A stretch of 62,416 nucleotides of DNA, from positions 1 through 62,416 of the forward strand of contig JAYQLI010000011.1 in assembly GCA_038143065.1 (NCBI GenBank), written 5' to 3'. The notes beneath the pieces are model-generated. The model searched no databases. It saw only the letters and a program-made list of their open reading frames with translations, and was not told the origin of the DNA. This DNA comes from Rhodospirillales bacterium (GTDB lineage Bacteria; Pseudomonadota; Alphaproteobacteria; Bin95). Below, piece by piece: positions 58,112 to 62,416 of this stretch (position 1 is the stretch's first letter; every line of letters begins with the position of its first letter). Made by a program: the position numbers and the translations under genes.

Positions 58112-58770
58112 ATGGCACACGACTTAAACCCACTCCGGCCGGTGACTTTGGGTCACTGGCAATCCACGACCTCCTGCCCGAGCGGCCGGCGCTCATTGGC
58201 GAGTTCAGCCTGGCCTACGAGGCCTTCCGGGGGGCGACGATCGCCGACCTCGCGCCAGTCACGAAGTATGAATACCTCCAGGCGCTGCAGCTGGCGGACC
58301 TGAACTGGGCGATCCTGCAGGCGAAGGCCTCCGCGGAGGTGGAACTCTCCAGTGGAACCGAGCGGACCGTTCGGGCGCGCAGCTCCCAGTGCGAAACTCG
58401 AGGGGCGCAGGGGAGCGTGAGTACGACCGCCTGCTACTAGCCTTCGAGGAGGGCGGCGGCGATGAGGATGACTTTGGGGACCGTCGTGGATTGGGACGCC
58501 CCATTAGAGCAGAACATTGAGAACATCGTGGCGGGCCTAAAGTCGAGAAGACCCAGTGGCGCGGGAGGCCGCCACTGCCGAGGCGATCGCGCTGGGCGTC
58601 GACCGCCTGGTCCTCAGCGCGCAACTCCTCAACAACTCAGGCTTCCGGCGCCACTCGGAGAAGCTGCCCGACCTCGAGAAGCGTGCTTGCCTGCTGTCGG
58701 CTGAGTACCGAGAGGTCCAGAAGTCGCGCCCCATCGACGTCGTCGGTTTCGAAATTGAGAAAATGACGCA
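58112..58770 (+). CDS. GC-rich hypothetical protein (frameshifted)
   Basis: HDLLPERPALIGE...DLAPVTKYEYLQALQLADLNWAI across frames. Confidence 0.5.
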
Positions 58771-59339
58771 GCGCGCCACTGGACCAATTACCGCTGAGGG
58801 GAAGGCGGTGTCTGCTCGAAACGCGCGCAAGCACGGGCTGAACGCGCCCCCGGAAGAGTATCTGGTAACTGCGTGGTTTTAACCTCATCCTGAATAATGG
58901 CGAAGACGCTCTGGAGGAGCCCAACGCAGATGACCCACGTCCGGGAGGCAGCCCTGAGGTTGGCAATTGCGGGAGGCGCGCTACCGCCGCGCCTTGCACA
59001 AAGTCAGACACGCACGACCGGGAGCCCAATTCCGCGCAGCAGGTGGCCAATAAACTTTCGCGGACATTGATAATGTGTTGGATTCATGCCAAAAAATTCA
59101 GAGGGCCCGCCAGATCCCTTCGAGCTTCAGTTCAAATTTGCCTTAAGCAATCGAGATGCTTTTGGGTGGGGTTGGACGCGAGCGTCGCCTACACCGTCGC
59201 TACCTCGGCGAGCGCAGGCGCAGCACGTCGGAAGGCCTTGAGGGCGTGGTGCGCCTTCAACCGACGAAAACCGAAATTCCCGAAACGAACTCAATTTACA
59301 ACTTATAAGGAGAATATGCACCCGAATTCAGGTTGCTAG
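58763..59339 (+). CDS. Hypothetical protein with TGPxTxEGK..S.RNA.KHGL motif (frameshifted)
   Basis: MTQRATGPITAEGKAVSARNARKHGLNA; 3' CGAAACGAACTCAATTT. Confidence 0.6.
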
Positions 59340-59716
59340 TGCCTGCGCAGGCGGTATAGCAGGCCCAAGCCAATGCCCAAGATCACGCCCACAATGTCTG
59401 CGAACCAGTCGTTGACGTCTGCGCTTCTGTTGAAGCTGGGCTGAATGACCTCGATGATGCCGCCGAAGCGCTCGCGCCGATGAAGACTGGCAGCAGTCCC
59501 AAGTCGGCCCGTGCGGGCCAGGAAGGCGAGCGCGGCAAAGGCGATTAGAAAGGTGCAAAGCTTGTCGCTGCCCTCCGGCGCCGGGGGTGGCGCTTCCGGG
59601 GCCAGAGCATCGCGACGGTTGGGGTGAGCGTCACGATTATGGTGAGGGATGTCAGGTACTTGCGCATGCAAACCGCGTATAGGCGCTGGGCGCAGAACGC
59701 AAGCGGAAGCTTTCAC
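59336..59716 (-). CDS. VanZ-like membrane protein (frameshifted)
   Basis: GSDKL..FLAFAAL, GGIIEVIQP..NRSADVNDWFADIVG. Confidence 0.7.
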   Translation of the reverse strand: MKASACVLRPAPIRGLHAQVPDIPHHNRDAHPNRRDALAPEAPPPAPEGSDKLCTFLIAFAALAFLARTGRLGTAASLHRRERFGGIIEVIQPSFNRSADVNDWFADIVGVILGIGLGLLYRLRRH

Positions 59717-59932
59717 TTGGAGGGTTCGCGGTTAAGTGGAAGAAGAGAGCACAGGAATCAGGGGTTAGAGTTCCGATAAAAGGGTAGTTGAGGCGCGCAA
59801 CATATTGTCGTAGACATTGAGATATGCAAAGTCGCCGCTTGTGGTATTTAGTGGGAAACTGCGACCGTATTTAAGATATTTTTTTCAGGAACTTTCTTGA
59901 CCTTCTCACGTTGACCTCATTATAGGCACAAA

Positions 59933-61041
59933 ATGATGAAAAAATTATTAAGTGGGGCATTCTCAACTGATACCGAATATTCTGGTTCTGCTACTTGTTT
60001 TTTAAGTACATATGCGCTCTCCTCTTTTTGCTATTCACCGAGAGCGTGAAGAGCATTTGCAAAGCGTGCAGCCCGTCATGTCAATGCAACGACAAGCTGT
60101 TCATACGGCTCCGACGCCGAGGGTGGGAATTGCCAGTATTGCAGTTGAATTCTCTCTCTGGAGCAACTCTTATCAGACAATGATTTATTTGGGACACTGC
60201 TGTGGACCACTTTTTTACCACGTCTTTGTCATCAGTTTGCAATTTAGGCCCTGATACACCGCCATCTTTGCGTCTCGGAGTGGCAGCACACCATCGCTGT
60301 AGTAAGCCATTCTTATTTTGAGATATTGCATATCACCGCGTCGATCTTCCCGGTGTTGACATCCCTAATGTCGGTGACCTTGGTCGGTATGACCTTCACA
60401 ATTTTGCGTCACGACGGGAATGACGCATGCCATCAATTTAATCTGATGGCTTGAATGGGCTGTCTAGCGCTGTCGTCATTACAGTGGATCACTTTGGTCT
60501 CGTTGCGAAGATCATTTATGGACATGCAGACCTTGTCTCTTTATGAATGCCGTTGTCTGTGTTGCCTTCATTGGATTTATGTGTGTGAATTTCCCCAGGC
60601 GTGTCTTTTTGGGCGACGCCGCTTTCTCTATAGGAGCACTTGATAGCCTGGAACGCGATTGTACTTTTGAACCGCGAACCTGACATATCAGTGGGGAATT
60701 TACTGATTCTTCTTTGGCCAGTTGTGGACACTTTATTTGCGATGGTCCGACCTTTTGACTGGGCTCTCCGTCTCTCAGCCTGATAGGCTCCACTATCACC
60801 ACGTCCTAATGCGGCTTGCGCTGTTGATGACCCATGACTCAATCGGAAAGAAGAAGCAAACCTATCGGTTCACGCTCCTGTCTTGGCCCTGATGGCAGTC
60901 CCATGTTTCTTGGGATATTATATGATTGACGACACGCGGGGCATTGACAGCAATTGTTGCTTTTACTCTTTGCCTATGTCATTACTTATCATTTTTCTTA
61001 TTCGCAACGCTGTTAAACTAAGAAAAAGAATTAGCGGCTGA
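59933..61041 (+). CDS. DMT/EamA-like membrane protein (heavily frameshifted)
   Basis: Hydrophobic segments across frames (..ATPLSY.., LSPVSQP); boundaries approximate. Confidence 0.4.
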
Positions 61042-61138
61042 TCCCGACAGTTAATCTTCAGATACCTGCATTTGATTTTCCAATCTAGTTGCGTTATAAC
61101 AATTGTTATACAACTCAGTAAAATTGGATGAAACTTCA

Positions 61139-61363
61139 ATGACTGCGCTCAAAATCACATCTGTTGGTAATTCCGCTGGCGTCCTATTGCCCAAAGAACT
61201 TTTGACCAAACTCCGGGTCGATAAAGGGGACGTCTTGCATGTTATTGAAACCGAGAACGGCATTGAGCTTACACCCTATGACCCTGAATTTGATGCGCAG
61301 ATGGCGGTTGCAGAAGACATCATGCGCGAAGATCGTGACATCTTGCGAAAACTGGCTAAATGA
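61139..61363 (+). CDS. AbrB/MazE/SpoVT-type antitoxin
   Basis: MTALKITSVGNSAGVLLPKELL...LTPYDPEF...LRKLAK. Confidence 0.88.
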   Translation: MTALKITSVGNSAGVLLPKELLTKLRVDKGDVLHVIETENGIELTPYDPEFDAQMAVAEDIMREDRDILRKLAK

Positions 61364-61758
61364 CGGAACCGATCTGGATCAATTTACGCGTGCTATGGGA
61401 GGCGCTCATGATCGGCAAATCAATGAGCATGGTGGACTACCGGGGCTTCGTGATGAGGATTGCTTTTATCCGCCATCTCAGGCCCGAAATGCCTATCATT
61501 ACTTTCTAGTCAAAACCAGATGTGGCTGAACTCGCTGCATATGAGTTCGGACTTGCAAATCGTTCGTTCAATGACGCGAATAATGCACTGCACTGATAGC
61601 AATGCGCCTGTTTCTAAAGTTAAACGGATACGATTTAGCAGCCTCTGAAGAACCAAGTATAAAACGATCATACGCGTAGCTGCGAGGCGATATCAGTGAA
61701 GATAGACTCGCGCAGTGGATTGAAAACCTGGAAGATAAAAAGTTAAGCAAATATTAGT
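61360..61758 (+). CDS. doc: Death-on-curing (Fic/Doc) toxin (frameshifted or degenerate)
   Basis: HDRQINEHGGLPGLRDE, FNDAN-RTAL, FLKLNGY; start overlaps the 3' end of the antitoxin gene. Confidence 0.8.
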
Positions 61759-62416
61759 CTTTAAGCTACGAGGTTTAGGGGTTTAAATAAGCTTATAATT
61801 CTAGGTCTTGTTGTAAGCTCTCAAGAAATTGCATAGGCTGCCCTTGTCTATCTAAACCAATGTATGCAAGTGGAGGGCTGAAAACATATCACTCTAAAAT
61901 TCAGTGATTGCTAGAGATCTCAGTAGAAACTCTGATGGGAATTCAGAGCAAGCGGTGTCAGTGTCAAAATTTTAATCTTCATAGCTGTTAGCCAAGATTA
62001 AACTGATTGCTCCCCAAATTTACACACCAACGTCCCCATACTAATCTCTAGATTTACGATCCGCAATGCGTAGATCCTGATTTAAAAGCTGCAGGCCTTG
62101 TCAAAATTACACTTCAAGATCGTATGCAGTTTTCAACTGCCCTGGCAAACTGCCGAAACTGAAACCCTCTCAGCTTTTTCATCCAAAAACAGCAATTAAA
62201 AATCAAATGAAGATTCAAGCTAATATTGTTACACAACAAACATGAAGCAAATCAGTAAATTATCATTTTCAAATAGACAATTTAACCTGACTAAGTTTCT
62301 GAACGATAAGGACGCTTCATCAAAAGAATAGGGATTATTTTTTGATGAACAACAATTGTCAAATTTTGCGGCGATTGCAGTTGGAACCCAGATTGACTAT
62401 CTTCAACTGCTAAGGC

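Noticed and set aside
61760-62416. AT-rich terminal segment
   Set aside because: No recognisable ORF, repeat or RNA structure; may be the end of a gene extending beyond the window

Overview
Accessory, genomic-island-like DNA, most likely from a marine alphaproteobacterium (Rhodobacteraceae-like; inferred from the tRNA-Phe 3' fragment and gene content). Many genes are split by indels, often in homopolymers, which looks like long-read error more than pseudogenisation. There are three catabolic blocks. (1) 1-22.3 kb: LysR/IclR regulators, a TRAP transporter, SDRs, a DapA-like aldolase and an 11-gene CoA-dependent beta-oxidation operon with a BadI/MenB-like ring-cleaving hydrolase, suggesting an alicyclic acid substrate. 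One operator motif is shared between its two promoters. (2) 27-38.1 kb: a LacI/TRAP cluster with two Gfo/Idh/MocA enzymes, a TIM-barrel isomerase, an aldos-2-ulose-dehydratase-like cupin, a MocD-like membrane diiron enzyme and a divergent PanB paralog. It is bracketed by ~190-bp direct repeats (DUF2924-like 5' remnants), one fused to a tRNA-Phe 3' fragment. This is the best candidate for an undescribed pathway. (3) 38.5-54 kb: a GlcNAc/GalNAc locus (GH20, ABC, ROK, NagA, two SIS proteins, AgaZ, CutC, NagQ-like GntR with matching operators). Between and after these lie mobile debris: IS6 remnants, a Mesh1-like alarmone hydrolase, a thermonuclease, two tandem cassettes of a cargo gene plus a terminase-large-subunit 5' fragment, a GC-rich XRE/hypothetical module and an AbrB-Doc toxin-antitoxin pair. 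No CRISPR array, rRNA or intact tRNA was found. Family calls come from motif recognition only, and boundaries of frameshifted genes are approximate.
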